From Mycoplasmatales bacterium (GTDB lineage Bacteria; Bacillota_I; Bacilli_A; CBDATW01), in contig OZ244030.1 of assembly GCA_965214965.1 (NCBI GenBank), forward strand, positions 27,334-91,333: DNA of 64,000 nt. The letters are read 5' to 3'. The notes under the pieces are model-generated. The model was not told where the DNA came from. It worked only from the letters and a program-made list of their open reading frames with translations, and did no database searches. A program made the translations under genes and the position numbers. Positions 1 through 12,529 of the stretch are shown in pieces; the stretch's first letter is position 1; each line of letters opens with the position of its first letter.

Positions 1-60
1 AAAAAGATTTGTATGGTTGAACTAAAAATATTTATAAAGTACTATCCATTGATTATTTAA
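1..60 (+). CDS. possible 3' end of an unidentified convergent CDS (partial)
   Basis: Frame +1 is open from the window edge to TAA at 58-60 and is followed by the hairpin at 64-87. No recognisable motif. Confidence 0.2.
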   Translation, partial: KKICMVELKIFIKYYPLII

Positions 61-63
61 ATA

Positions 64-87
64 AAAACCAACATAAGTTGGTTTTTA
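64..87. terminator. intrinsic terminator hairpin downstream of nrdE (possibly bidirectional)
   Basis: aaaaaccaac-ataa-gttggttttt is a perfect 10-bp stem flanked by A and T runs. It lies directly after the nrdE stop at 89-91. Confidence 0.6.
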
Positions 88-88
88 T

Positions 89-2251
89 TTAAATAGCGCA
101 TGCTGTGCAGTTGTCAAGATCATCGTTGTATGTTTCTGATCCTTCAATAACTTCTTGTCTAACTCTAACGTAATAGATTGTTTTACATTTTTTCTTGAAT
201 GCGTAGATGTAAGCTTTATTCAAGTCTCTAGTTGTAGCTGTGTCTTTCATAAACAGTGTTAGTGAGATTGCTTGGTCAACGTGTTGTTGAGCGGCAGCAA
301 CTATATCAATAATTGCTTCTGGACCAACTTCATAAGCATCTTGCTTATAATATGGAAGTGACTTATCGTCAAGTTTGTAAGCTGGGAAGTAAACTCTTCC
401 TAATTTACCTTCTTTTCTTGTTTCAACTGGTTCTACAACTGGTTGAAGTGAAGGTGTACATGATGATAGGTATGAAATTGATCCAGTTGGAGCAACGGCC
501 ATTAGGTATGCGTTAGCAATACCATCTTTTTTAATCATTTCTACAAGATCAATTCAATCTTGTTTTGTAGGAATTACAACATTGTATTGATCAAAAATTT
601 TTGTAATTTTATCTGTTGCTGGTGTTCAATGTTGGTCAGCACACTCTGTATATTTAGCAAAGTATGTTCCGTCAGCAAATTTAGTGTGTTCAAATCCTGT
701 AAATGGTTTTCCGTTTTCAACTGCTAATACATGTGAAGCTTTAAATGAATGGTAAGCCATTGTATAGAAGAACATGTTGGTAAAATCAACTGCTTCTTTT
801 GATGCATACATAATTTCGTTTGTTGATAGAAATCCGTGAAGGTTCATTGCTCCTAGACCAATAGCGTTGTTTGTTTGGTTGCCTAATTCAATTGATGGAA
901 CTGGTGAGAAATCTGAGTGTCTTGAAACATGATCTAGTGATCTAATTGCATCCTGAACTGATGGTCCAAATTCTTCTCCAGCTTCCATCATTGAAGCTAT
1001 GTTAAGTGATCCAAGGTTACAGCAAATATCTTGTCCAATTTTTGAGTAAGATTGGTCTGAGTTGTACTCTGATAGAGTAGAAACTTGGGCAATTTCTGAA
1101 CAAAGGTTTGACATAACAATTCTTCCCGGGTGTGGAAGATTATGGTTTATTGTATCATCAAACATTAGGTATGGGTAACCTGATTCAAAGTGAAGTTTTG
1201 CAATTGTGTGGAATAATTTACGTGCAGAAATATAAGTTTTTTTAATTCTGTTATCTTTAACCATATTATCATATTCTTTAGTTACTGAAATGTCTGAAAA
1301 TGGTTTTCCATAAACTCTTTCTACATCATATGGCGAAAATAAAGCCATATCTTTATCTTCTTTTGCAAGTTGGAATGTAACATCTGGCACAACAATACCT
1401 AGTGATAGAGATTTAATTCTGATTTTTTCATCAGCATTTTCTCTTTTTGTGTCTAGAAATGTCATGATATCTGGGTGGTGTGCATTTAGGTAAACAGCAC
1501 CAGCACCTTGTCTTTGACCTAATTGATTAGCGTATGAAAATGAGTCTTCAAGAAGTTTCATAACTGGAACAATTCCTGTTGATTGCCCTTCTATTTTCTT
1601 TATTGGAGAACCAAACTCTCTAATGTTTGTAAGGCAAAGTGCAACCCCTCCACCACGTTTAGATAGTTGAAGTGATGAAGTAATACCTCTACCAATAGAT
1701 TCCATGTTATCTTCTACTCTAAGTAGGTAACAAGAAACATATTCTCCTCTTTGTTTTTTACCAGCGTTTAAGAATGTTGGTGTAGCAGGTTGAAATCTTC
1801 CTGTAATGATTGAGTGAAGAATAGCTTTGGCTTTATCAATGCAGCCTCCCCCAAGGAATAGGGCATTCATAATAACTCTATCTTCATATGTTTCTAGGTA
1901 TTCTTTGTTATCAAATGATTTTAATCCATATACATTGAAAAATTTTAGTGCTCCCATAAATGATGGGAATGAGTGCCCATGTGATTTAGCAATGGCATGC
2001 AATTCTTCAATTTGATCAATTTTATACATTGCCACGATTTCTTCTTCATAGTAATCATGTTTAACTAAGAAACTATATCTTTCTGATATTGAGTGAAATT
2101 CTTTCATGTTTGGTTTAACATGGTGCTCAACATATAAATTAGCAGCTTGTTTGTCTGTTGAATAATCAATTCCTCCACCGCTGGCTAGTCCAACTTTAGA
2201 CATAGCATTAAGTTTGATATATTTATCTTCTCATTGTTTGTTTGTAATCAT
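89..2251 (-). CDS. nrdE: ribonucleotide reductase class Ib alpha subunit
   Basis: ORF pieces 89..538 and 626..2203 are in the same frame and joined by TGA. The N-terminal extension runs to the ATG at 2249-2251 (MITNKQWEDKYIKLNA...). About 720 aa with typical NrdE sequence throughout. It follows nrdI and nrdF. Confidence 0.95.
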
Positions 2252-2266
2252 TTTTATTTCCTTTGT

Positions 2267-2722
2267 TTATTCTTTAATTCAGAAGTCATTTAAAATCTTC
2301 CGCGTTGTTTCTACATCAGTCTCTGTACCAGCCAACTCTAGTTGATATAGCATTGGTACATTTAGTTTTTTAGACAGGATTGGGCCTGCAAGGCAGAATG
2401 TATCATTGAAGTTTGTGTTACCTGTAGCAATAACTCCTCTGCAATGATCTCTGTTGTCTTTTACATTTAAAAATTTAATAACTTGCTTGGGGACAGCACC
2501 AGATGTAAACTGACCACCCCCTGAATATGTAGGGCAAATAATAACAAAGTCTTTATCAACTGTTATTGTTGCTTCCTCTAACTCTTTTGGTATCCTTGCA
2601 TTTGAAAAACCAGTTTTTTCTACAAACCTATGTGTATTTCCTGTAGAAGAAGAGAAGTACACAATGAATACTTCTCCTTTTGGTCTAATAACATCTTCTT
2701 TTAAGACTATGTCGTGGTGCAT
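2267..2722 (-). CDS. nrdI: flavodoxin-like ribonucleotide reductase stimulatory protein NrdI
   Basis: IVYFSSSTGNTHRFVEK and ICPTYSGGG motifs. The track stop at 2279 is TGA, so reading continues to TAA at 2267-2269. Located between nrdF and nrdE. Confidence 0.9.
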
Positions 2723-2725
2723 GCT

Positions 2726-3745
2726 TTAGAAGTCTCAGTCTTCGTCTTCTGTTTCTTCTGAAAGACCCATAACGTATGAAGATCCGTTTCCTGAGAAGAA
2801 ATCGTGGTTTTCATCAGCTCTAGCTGATAGTTGTGTAAATACTTCTGGTGCAATTCTTGTTTCTTCTTCTGTAAATGGTGATTCATATCCTAAGTTTTGC
2901 AGGAACTTACCAGCGTTGTATACTGAAAATCTAATAGCGTCTTCTGCAAGTTCTCCAAATCCATCATATAGTTCTCTTAGGAATTCTTTTTCTAAATCAA
3001 TTAGTTTATATAATAGATCGAATACAAATTTCTTTGTTTCCTTTTGTTTTTCCTTAGATAGTTTTTCCACTTTCTTTTGGAACTTGTATCCTGTGTAGTA
3101 GTTGTGGATAACTTTATCTCTAAGAATTAATCTAATGATATCTGAAGTATTTGGCATTTGCCCTCTAGCAGATAGATAGAACGGAAGATAGAATCCTCCA
3201 TATAGTAAAAATCCTGGCATCATAGCTGCTGCAACTTTAGATTTAATTGGGTCATCACCTGTGTAGTAAGGGATTAGTTCTTTTGCTCTTTTTTGTAATG
3301 ACTCACATTGTGTGACTCAAGTGTGAGCGCTTTCAATTTGCTCTGAAGAACATAGAGTTGAAAAAACTGTTCCATATGATCTAGCATGAACTCCAACCAT
3401 AAAGGCAAAATTAGAATAAATAACTTGTTCATGATCTGTTATTGATGTTGGAATTTGCAACGTATCTCCAACCGTAGCTTGAATTGTATCTAGCAGTGTT
3501 AACCCCGTGTAAGTTCTTGTAACTAATTCTTGTCATTCTGGCGACATTTCGCTTCATGACTTTAAGTCATTTGATACAGGAATTTTTTCTGGTAATCAAA
3601 AGTTTTGCGTAATTCTAGTTCAAACTTCTAGGTCTTTATCATCATCAATTACGTTTCAGTTAACTGATCTTAGGTTCCCTTTAAATCCGTTTTGTGAGAA
3701 TTGCAATGGGGACACAGATTCTGTGTAATATTTTTGGTTATTCAT
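2726..3745 (-). CDS. nrdF: ribonucleotide reductase class Ib beta subunit
   Basis: ORF 2735..3223 extends upstream through TGA codons to the ATG at 3743-3745. It extends downstream through TGA to TAA at 2726-2728, giving the characteristic R2 C-terminus ...EDEDWDF. 339 aa. Confidence 0.93.
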
Positions 3746-3830
3746 TTAAAATATCTCCTCTATTTTTGATTTTTAATAGCCTGAATTAATTTAACATATA
3801 AATTAATAGGTGTACTAAAATTATATCATT

Positions 3831-3874
3831 TATAGTATTTTATAGTATTATCTAATTTATAATAATTATAAATT
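3831..3874. promoter_or_regulatory. candidate operator region upstream of nrdF (tandem decamers plus 21-bp perfect palindrome)
   Basis: tatagtattt/tatagtatta direct repeat at 3831-3850. aatttataat-a-attataaatt perfect palindrome at 3854-3874. Both lie 85-130 nt upstream of the nrdF start in the nrdF/smpB divergent spacer. Confidence 0.25.
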
Positions 3875-4006
3875 GCCTATAATATTAGTATGTAAGAGTA
3901 TTTTTTTTATTTATACATAAATATTGGCATTATAAAAGTATAATATATTTATAGTTAAAATGTGTTTATTTATACTAAAATAACACTGAAAGTGTAAAAT
4001 ATTTAT

Positions 4007-4450
4007 ATGAAAACAGTAATTTACAACAAGAAGGCTAGATTTAACTATGAATTATTGGACCAATATGAGGCCGGAATTGTCTTAACTGGTAGTGAAATTA
4101 AATCAATTAGAGCTGGAAGAGTTCAAATATCAGAGTCACATGGGATCATTAGAAATAATGAAGTTTTTGTGCTAAATATGAACATAGCTACTTTTAAACA
4201 AGCAAATATGCAAAACCACGACCCTTTAAGAACAAGAAAACTCCTACTTAAAAGATCGCAAATCAATAAAATTATAAGACAAAAAAAATCTGATAAAATC
4301 ACACTTGTGCCTACAAAACTTTACATTAAAGATGGGTTTGCTAAATTACAAATATTTACTGCAAAAGGTAAAAAACAACATGATAAGCGTGAAGCAATAA
4401 AACAAAGAGATGAATCAAGAAGAGCTAAAGGTATTGAAAAATACCGTTAG
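4007..4450 (+). CDS. smpB: SsrA-binding protein
   Basis: 147 aa: KKARFNYELLDQYEAGIVLTGSEIKSIRAG..., ending in a basic C-terminal tail. Intact in the standard-code track. Confidence 0.95.
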   Translation: MKTVIYNKKARFNYELLDQYEAGIVLTGSEIKSIRAGRVQISESHGIIRNNEVFVLNMNIATFKQANMQNHDPLRTRKLLLKRSQINKIIRQKKSDKITLVPTKLYIKDGFAKLQIFTAKGKKQHDKREAIKQRDESRRAKGIEKYR

Positions 4451-4500
4451 TTTTTTTTATAACTGAATAAAAAATATTTAGGAAAGGTTTGAGCTCTGTT

Positions 4501-5115
4501 TTATCTATTATCAAATTCTAATTTTCAATCTTGAACGACTTTTAATTCATCGCTATTAATATATTCTGCTTTTAATGCAGTATCAATTAATTCACTAAAA
4601 TTTGTTAATGTGTGTAATTTTAGATTTTGTTCTTTAAATGCTTGTGCTACTTTTGGAACACCATATGTAAAGATAGCTACTGAGCCAAGTATTTCTGCCC
4701 CAGCTTCTTTTAAAACCTCTTTGGTTTTAAAAATGGATTTACCTGTCGATATTAAATCTTCAACAATAACAACTTTTGTTCCTTTTTCACATTTACCTTC
4801 AATTTGGTTTGTTCTACCATGGCCTTTAGCTAATTCTCTAACATAACCTGCTGGCAGATTTAATCTATCGCCAATTAATACTGCATGTGGGATGCCTGCA
4901 GTTGCAACACCTATAACCATTTCTGCTTTTGGATATTTTTCTTTAACTAATGCTGATAATCCATCTGCAATAAGAGTCCTTACTTCTGGATACGATAGCA
5001 CTAGTCTGTTATCACAGTAAATTGGAGACTTAATTCCTGATGTAAATGTGAAGAAATCATCTGGCCTTAAAAAGACTGCCTGAATTTCTAGAAGTTTTTT
5101 TGCTATTTTGTTCAT
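4501..5115 (-). CDS. pyrE: orotate phosphoribosyltransferase
   Basis: FTFTSGIKSPIYCDNR and VVIVEDLISTGKS (PRPP-binding loop). The track stop at 4525 is TGA; the true TAA is at 4501-4503. Confidence 0.92.
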
Positions 5116-5160
5116 TTATAAGCTCCTATATCTAAAATTATTATATTAATTATAACAAAT

Positions 5161-5186
5161 AAAAACAGCAGTTAACTGCTGTTTAA
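5161..5186 (-). terminator. intrinsic terminator after pyrF
   Basis: aaaaacagcagttaactgctgttt is a perfect palindromic hairpin. On the minus strand it is followed by a T run, downstream of the pyrF stop at 5408. Confidence 0.6.
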
Positions 5187-5407
5187 TTTTATTATTCAGC
5201 ACAAGCACAAGAATAAATATGGATTGTTTTCTTTATTAGCTGAAACAAATTTTTTTGCTTTTTCTTTAATTTTTTTAGTAACTTTTAAATTTGAATATAC
5301 ACGATTTTATTATATATAAAATTCTAAAATAAAAAAGTTTGTATACTTAAAATCTAGTAAATAAATTGCACAATTTTAAATTAAATGCAGGATTTATTTT
5401 TATAGTA

Positions 5408-6073
5408 TTATTTAAATTCTTCAACAAATTTATTATATGTAGCTACTGGGTTAGTTGATTGAATAATTGGCCTACCAACCACAATATAGTCTGCTCCATT
5501 TGCTTTTGCTTGTGCTGGTGTAGTAATTCTTTTTTGATCACCTGCACTATCAAATTCTCTTCTAACACCCGGGCATACAATAGTTAATCCTAGATTTTTG
5601 ACTAAATTGGCTTCATGTGGTGAGCATACAATTCCAAAAAGATTTGATTCTTTTGCTATAGATGCAAGATGTATCACTGCATTTTTCATATCTTTTTCAA
5701 TCATCATTTCTTTTGTAAGTGTGTTTTGGTTAGTTGATGTTAGAATTGTGACTCCCAAGACATTAATGTTAGATTCACTTGCAGCTTCTAGCATTTCTTT
5801 TCCTCCAAGAGTATGAACAGTTGCCATATCAACATTATGTAACTCTAGAGATTTCAGGCTTTTTCTTACTGTGTTTGGAATATCAAATAATTTAAGATCC
5901 AAAAACACTTTATGTCCTTTGTTTTTAATATATTTGATAATTTCAAACCCATTAGCATAAGTTTGTTCCATGCCTACTTTAAATCAAGTGGGATTTTCAA
6001 ATTTATCTACAAAACTTTTTGCTTTGTTAATATCTTTAATATCAAGCGCTATAATTACTGGTGGTATTTTCAT
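5408..6073 (-). CDS. pyrF: orotidine 5'-phosphate decarboxylase
   Basis: ORF 5408..5971 extends through TGA to the ATG at 6071-6073 (MKIPPVIIALDIKD...). FLDLKLFDIPNTV motif. Overlaps the end of pyrD. Confidence 0.92.
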
Positions 6074-6978
6074 GATCTACCTACTATATCATTAATATCT
6101 TTTATTCCAAGCTCTTCTAATTTTTTTGGAAGTGCTTCAATAATTTCTTTCATAACTAACGGATTGTCTCAGTTTGCTCCTCCCACTGCTACTGCACTTG
6201 CTCCTGCAGACATCATATCAATAACATCTTGGACTGTGCTTACTCCACCAATACCTATAACTGGTATTTTAACTACTTGGCTTACTTGGTAAACCATCCT
6301 TAAAGCAATTGGAAAAATTCCTTTTCCTGATACTCCACCGATTTTATTTGAAAGCACTGGTTTACCAGTTTTTGGATCAAGGATTATACCTGTAATTGTA
6401 TTGATCATTGTTATTGCATCTGCTCCTCCGTTTTGTGCAGCTAGAGCCATCTCAACAATATCAGTAACATTAGGTGATAACTTAACATAAACTGGCACAT
6501 CACTAACTTGCTTAATTTTTTGGATTAAAGTTTTTGTAGCTTCAGGGTTAGTTCCAAATGCTAAACCATCTTTTACATTTGGGCATGAAATATTTACTTC
6601 AATTGCTCCAACATTTTCTACCTTACTTAAATTTTTAGCTAGCGTTATGAAATCTTCTTCATTTTTTGCAGCTATGTTTGCAATAAATTTGCCATCATAA
6701 ACTTCTGCAAGTTTTGGATAGTGAGTTTTAATAACTTCATCCATGCCGGGGTTGTGAAGACCTAATGCATTAATTCAACCTGTTTCAATTTCAGATTTAA
6801 ACGGGGCAAGGTTCCCTTCTTCCGGTTCTTTTGTTACTGATTTTGTTATGATAGTGCCTAAAATATTAAGATCATAATGTTTTGCATACTTTCATCCATA
6901 GTGAAATGGCCCTGATGATGACATCACAGGGTTTTTAATTTCACCTAGCCCTGGTAACTGTACTTTCAAATTAATCAT
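6055..6978 (-). CDS. pyrD: dihydroorotate dehydrogenase (class 1 type)
   Basis: ORF 6169..6744 extends in both directions through TGA codons, from the ATG at 6976-6978 to TAA at 6055-6057. IEVNISCPNV and GGVSG motifs. No adjacent pyrK-like gene. Confidence 0.9.
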
Positions 6979-6979
6979 A

Positions 6980-9900
6980 TTATTGGTCTACCTTATCAAT
7001 TGGAGATACTCCAAAATTTTTATGTTGCATTACTTCTATTAATGACTTTATTGTATCAAGAGATGTAAAGATTGGTAAGTTGTTTTCAACTGCTGTCTTT
7101 CTGATTTCGTAGCCATCTTTTGTTGATGATTTGTTGTCATCAGGTAAGTTTAGTGCATAGTCAAAAAATCCTTTTCTGATGTTTAGAATAATTTCATCTG
7201 ATCCTTCTGAAAGTTTTTTATGCACAGTAGATTTAATTCCATTTTCAACAAGAAAGTCATGTGTTCCTTGCGTTGAATAGATTTTAAATCCAAACTCAAC
7301 AAGTTTAGAAACTACTGGAAGCATTGCTTCTTTTTTCTTATTTCCTACAGAAACAAAGATTTTACCTTTATTAATAATCTTGATTCCCCCGGCCTCAAAT
7401 CCTTTAAAAATTGCTCCTGGAAATGTTTTGTCATATCCAATTGCTTCTCCAGTTGATTTCATCTCTGGAGAAAGAATAGCATCAATTCCGATAATTTTAG
7501 AAGATGAGAATACAGGAAATTTAACATATCAAGCATTTTTTGTAGGATGGACAAGATCTTGTATTCCTTGTTCTTTTAGTGAAATTCCTAGAGCAACTTT
7601 AGTTGCAATTTTAGCAACATCTATTCCTGCTGATTTAGAAATAAACGGAACTGTTCTTGAAGCTCTTGGGTTAACTTCAATAACATAAACATTATCTTTT
7701 TCATCAACAATGTATTGGACATTAAACATTCCTAAAATATCTAGAGCTTTTCCTAGTTTACATGTATAGTCAATAATTTTTTGTTTTACTTTGTCAGCAA
7801 TTGAAAATGTTGGATATGATAAGATTGAGTCTCCTGAGTGGATTCCTGTTTTTTCAATGTGTTCCATGATTCCTGGAATAAAAGTATCAACCCCGTCATA
7901 AACCGCATCAACTTCAATTTCTTTACCATAAATATATTTATCAATAAGAACTGGTTGTTTTTTATTTGCTTTAAGTGCTTCTATTCAATATTCTTTAAGC
8001 TCTTGATCAGAGTGAACAACTTGCATACCTCTACCGCCAAGAACAAATGATGGTCTTACAAGTACTGGAAATGTAATTTCATTTGCAACTACTAAAGCAT
8101 CATCAATATTCATAACTGTTTTACCAACAGGTTGTGGAATACCAACTTGAGAAAGAATCTCTTCAAATTCTTTTCTATTTTCTGCTCTAGCAATAGCTTT
8201 GTGATCTGTGCCAAAAATTTTTACTCCACGTTCTGCTAGTTTATCAGCAAGGTTAATTGCAGTTTGCCCACCAAACTGAACAATAACACCTTCAGGTTTT
8301 TCTAAATCAATAATATGCATAACATCTTCGATGTTTAGTGGTTCAAAATAAAGTTTATCTGAAACTTCATAGTCTGTAGAAACTGTTTCAGGGTTATTGT
8401 TAATAATAACGGCTTCATATCCCATTTCTTGTAAAACTTTAATCGAGTGAACTGATGAGTAATCAAATTCAACACCTTGACCAATTCTAATTGGCCCTGA
8501 TCCAATAACAACAACAGATTTTTTATCTGATGGTACTGATTCGTTTTCTTGTGCATATGTTGAGAAGAAGTATGGAACATATGATGTAAATTCAGCAGCA
8601 CACATGTCCATCATTTTATAAACTGGGATAATTCCGTTTTCTTTTCTTAATTCATAAATGTCTTGCATGTCTCATTCTCATAAGTTAGCAATACATTCAT
8701 CTGAAAATCCAGAATGTTTTGCTTCTTTTAGAATTTCAATGTCTCCTTTTGAAACAACAAGTTTTGCTTCTAAATCAACAATATCTTTAAATTGTATTAA
8801 GAACCATTTATCAATTTTTGTTGCTTTTCAAACTTCTTCAACTGTTGAGTCTAATCTAAATAATTGAGCAATTTGAAAAATTCTTTCATCTGTTGGAGTA
8901 TGTACTAATTCTAATAATTGGTCTTTTGAGAAATTTTTAAATTTTGGATGATAAATATGGTTAGCATTAACTTCAAGTGATCTTACAGCTTTTAGAAATG
9001 ATTCTTTAAAACTTCTACCCACAGCCATAGTTTCACCAGTGGCTTTCATCTGAGTAAAAAGTGATCTATCTGCAGTTATAAATTTATCAAATGGAAATCT
9101 AGCTATTTTTGAAACAATGTAATCAATTGTTGGTTCAAACGAAGCTTTTGTTGAAACCAATTGGATTTCATCTAAGTGATAACCAACTGCAATCTTAGCT
9201 GAAACTTTAGCAATTGGATAACCAGTTGCTTTTGAAGCCAGTGCTGATGAACGAGACACTCTTGGGTTAACTTCAATAATGTAGTAATCCATTGAGTTAG
9301 GGTCAAGAGCAAATTGAATATTACATCCACCAATAATATTAAGTTCTCTAATAAGTTTTATAGAAGAATTTCTTAGCATTTGATATTCTTTGTTTGTTAA
9401 AGTTTGAGAAGGGGCAACAACCATTGAATCACCAGTGTGAATACCAACTGGGTCTATGTTTTCCATGTTGCATACAATGATGACTGTATCGTTAGCATCT
9501 CTCATGACTTCATATTCTATTTCTTTAAAGTTTTTAATTGATTTTTCAATTAAAACTTGAGTGGTTGGAGAAAGTTTTAAAGCATTTTTAGAAATCATTT
9601 TAAGTTCTTCATCATTATAAGCAAATCCTCCCCCTGATCCACCCATTGTAAAGGCTGGGCGTAAAATAACTGGATATCCAATGTTGTGAGAAATTTCAAG
9701 AGCTTCATCGACAGTTGTAGCAATTTTCGATTCTGGAACTGGCTCACCAATTTTGATACACATTTCTTTAAATAGGTCTCTGTCTTCTCCTTTCATAATT
9801 GAATTAAAGTCAGTACCTATAATTTCAACACCATATTTTTCCAATATTCCCTCTTTTGAAAGTTTCATAGCAAGTGTTAGACCAGTTTGCCCACCAATTG

Positions 9901-10165
9901 TTGCAAGAAGTGCATCTGGTTTTTCTTTTGCAATGATTTTTTCTAAGTATTCTACAGTTAAAGGTTCCATGTATACAGCATCAGCCATATCAAGGTCAGT
10001 CATAATTGTAGCAGGGTTTGAGTTAGCAAGAATAACCCTGTATCCTTCCTCTTTTAAAGAAATACAAGCTTGGGCACCGGCATAATCAAATTCTGCTGCT
10101 TGGGCAATAATAATTGGTCCTGAACCAATAACTAATATTGATTTAATATCTGTCCTTTTTGGCAT
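6980..10165 (-). CDS. carB: carbamoyl-phosphate synthase large subunit
   Basis: Four track pieces (6980..7462, 7529..7867, 7985..8668, 8828..10165) all share one frame and are separated only by TGA. 1061 aa with two ATP-grasp halves and an MGS-like C-terminus. Confidence 0.97.
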
Positions 10166-11256
10166 TATTTATCTCCTTTAAATTTTTTAATCATTTCAAT
10201 GTAGTCATCAAATAAATATTCTGAATCTTCTGGGCCTGGAGCTGATTCTGGGTGGTATTGAACACACATTACTGAGTTTGATAAATCTCTAAATCCTTCT
10301 GCTGTGTTATCATGGATGTTTGTATGTGTTAATTCTAGATTTGTTGTTTTTAATGATTCTGAATCAACATAGTATGAGTGGTTTTGAGTTGTGATTTCAA
10401 TTCTTCCATTAATGTGGTTTTTAACTGGGTGGTTCCCTCCACGGTGTCCAAATTTCAGTTTTTTAGTTTGTGCTCCATATGCTAAACCAATAATTTGGTG
10501 TCCAAGACAAATACCAAAAATTGGAAGTTGACCTTTAATATCTTTAACAAGTTGTATTGAATGAACTGCTCATTCTGGGTCCCCAGGACCGTTTGAAAAA
10601 AATAGTCCGTCTGGGTTTTGTGCAAGAACTTCTTCTTTATTTGTACCATGAGGCATAACAACTACTTCGCAATTTCGCAAATTAAAGTGTCTAATTTGGT
10701 TTTGTTTTATACCGTGGTCAATGGCTACAATTTTATAATCTACTTTGTCTGGTGTGTAGATTTCGATTTTTTTTCTTGAGACTTGATCAATAATATCTTT
10801 TGGGAAAGATCATGCATTAATTTTTTCAATGGCTTCTGCTGTTGGTGTTTCAAGATCAGTGATTAATACATTTTGCGATCCTTGATCAACAATAATTCTT
10901 GTAAGCATTCTTGTGTCTAGATTTGATATACCTACAATTTTTCTTTTATCAAGTTCTTCTGAAAAAGTTCTTGTTGATCTATAATTTGACGGGAAGTCAA
11001 TGTAGTTATCTACAATAAATGCTGAAATATCAGCATTTGGTGATTCCATATCATCATCATTTACTCCATATGATCCAATTAGTGGATATGTCATCACAAG
11101 ACATTGTCCACCATATGATGGATCAGTCATAATTTCTTGGTATCCAATCATTGAAGTGTTAAAACACATTTCTGCAACAACTTCTCCGTCATATCCAAAT
11201 AGATTTCCAATGAATTCTCTACCATCTGCTAATACTAGTTTTTTGTGTTTGGTCAT
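10165..11256 (-). CDS. carA: carbamoyl-phosphate synthase small (glutaminase) subunit
   Basis: The N-terminal piece 10810..11256 continues in frame through TGAs to TAA at 10165-10167, which overlaps the carB ATG (TAATG). 363 aa. Confidence 0.93.
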
Positions 11257-11257
11257 A

Positions 11258-12529
11258 TTATTCTCCTTTTAAATTCTTTCCTTTATAAAATACGTGCGTT
11301 ATTTTTCCAAATAGTTTTTTATTAATAAATGGTGTGTTTTTTGATTTTGATTTAATAAAGTTTTCATCAAGAATAAAACTTCCATCTAAATCAATAATAT
11401 TTATGTTGGCATCATTTCCGATTTTAATTGATGCATCATGTAATCTGTATACTCTGTTTGGAGCAATTGACATTGCTTCGATAATTGTTTCGAGTTTTAC
11501 TTTCTCAGTTTTTACTAGATATGTGTATAGTGTTGAAAAGCAATGATCTAGACCAATAATTCCAAATGGTGAATTAAAGCCTTGTGATTTTTCTTTTTTA
11601 GAGTGTGGTGCGTGATCAGTAGCAATTACTTCTAGAACTCCTGAGTTTAAACCTTCAATTAATGCTAGGTTATCTTTTTTGCTTCTTAATGGAGGATTCA
11701 TTTTTCAAATTCCTTCATTACCTGGGATATCATCATCTGTAAGTAGTAAGTGGTGTGGCGCTACTTCACAACTAAAGTTTAATCCTTTGTCTTTAGCTTC
11801 TTTTGCTACTTGTAATGTTTCTTTAGTTGAGATGTGACACATGTGATATTTTGCTTGTGGGTATTTTTCTACAAGTTTCATATCTCTTTGTGCTTGGATG
11901 TATTCTACTGCAGAACTACATCCTACAAGATTTAACTCATTAGCTTTATTTCCTTTGTTAATTGAATAATTTGGATCTTCATGAGAGTCATCTTGTAAGT
12001 GCGCTGCAATAATAAAGTTATGTTTGGCCGAAGCTGCAATTGCCTTTTCCATAACTTCATCAGAAATAATTCCGTGTCCGTCATCTGAAAATGCTGCTAC
12101 AAAATCATCATTTATAAATTTTTCATAATCAACATTTTCTTGCCCTTTTTGTCCAATAGTTGTAGCAACATAAACTTTTAGATTAATTTTTGATTTTTGA
12201 GATTCTTCTTTAACAAGTTTTAATGTTTGCTCATTATCAATAACTGGGCTTGTATTTGGCATCATGATTACTGTAGTATATCCACCGTTAATTGCTGATG
12301 CAGTTCCAGTTTTAATATCTTCTTTATATGTTTGGCCTGGAAACCTAAAGTGAACATGGACATCTGTAAAGTTTGGTGTCACAATTTTATTTGTTGCATC
12401 AATTATTTCAAAATCTTGATCTGGAATAATATTTGGAGACACATCAAAAATTTTTCCATCTTTTACTTTGACATCACACTTTTTAAATTCTCTGTTTATA
12501 TAAACCAAGCCGTTTTTAATTATTTGCAT
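11258..12529 (-). CDS. pyrC: dihydroorotase
   Basis: Pieces 11258..11701 and 11705..12529 are in frame. DVHVHFR metal-binding motif and VIATDHAPH motif. 423 aa. Confidence 0.93.

Noticed and set aside
3746-4006. Search for a purine or 2'-deoxyguanosine riboswitch upstream of the nrd operon, as known in another Mollicute.
   Set aside because: The region is almost pure A/T, with none of the conserved G/C-containing junction sequences.
8335-8601. Same-strand alternative-frame ORFs inside larger genes: 8335..8601, 20964..21161, 22061..22261, 27600..27797, 42813..42995, 46891..47127 and 41293..41475.
   Set aside because: They are out of frame with, and embedded in, confidently identified CDSs. 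They have no motifs of their own.
6980-10165. Apparent fragmentation of carB, uvrA, rnr, pepA, purB, ftsH and others, which could be read as pseudogenisation.
   Set aside because: All fragments of each gene share one frame, and the only interruptions are TGA codons. The genetic code is table 4.
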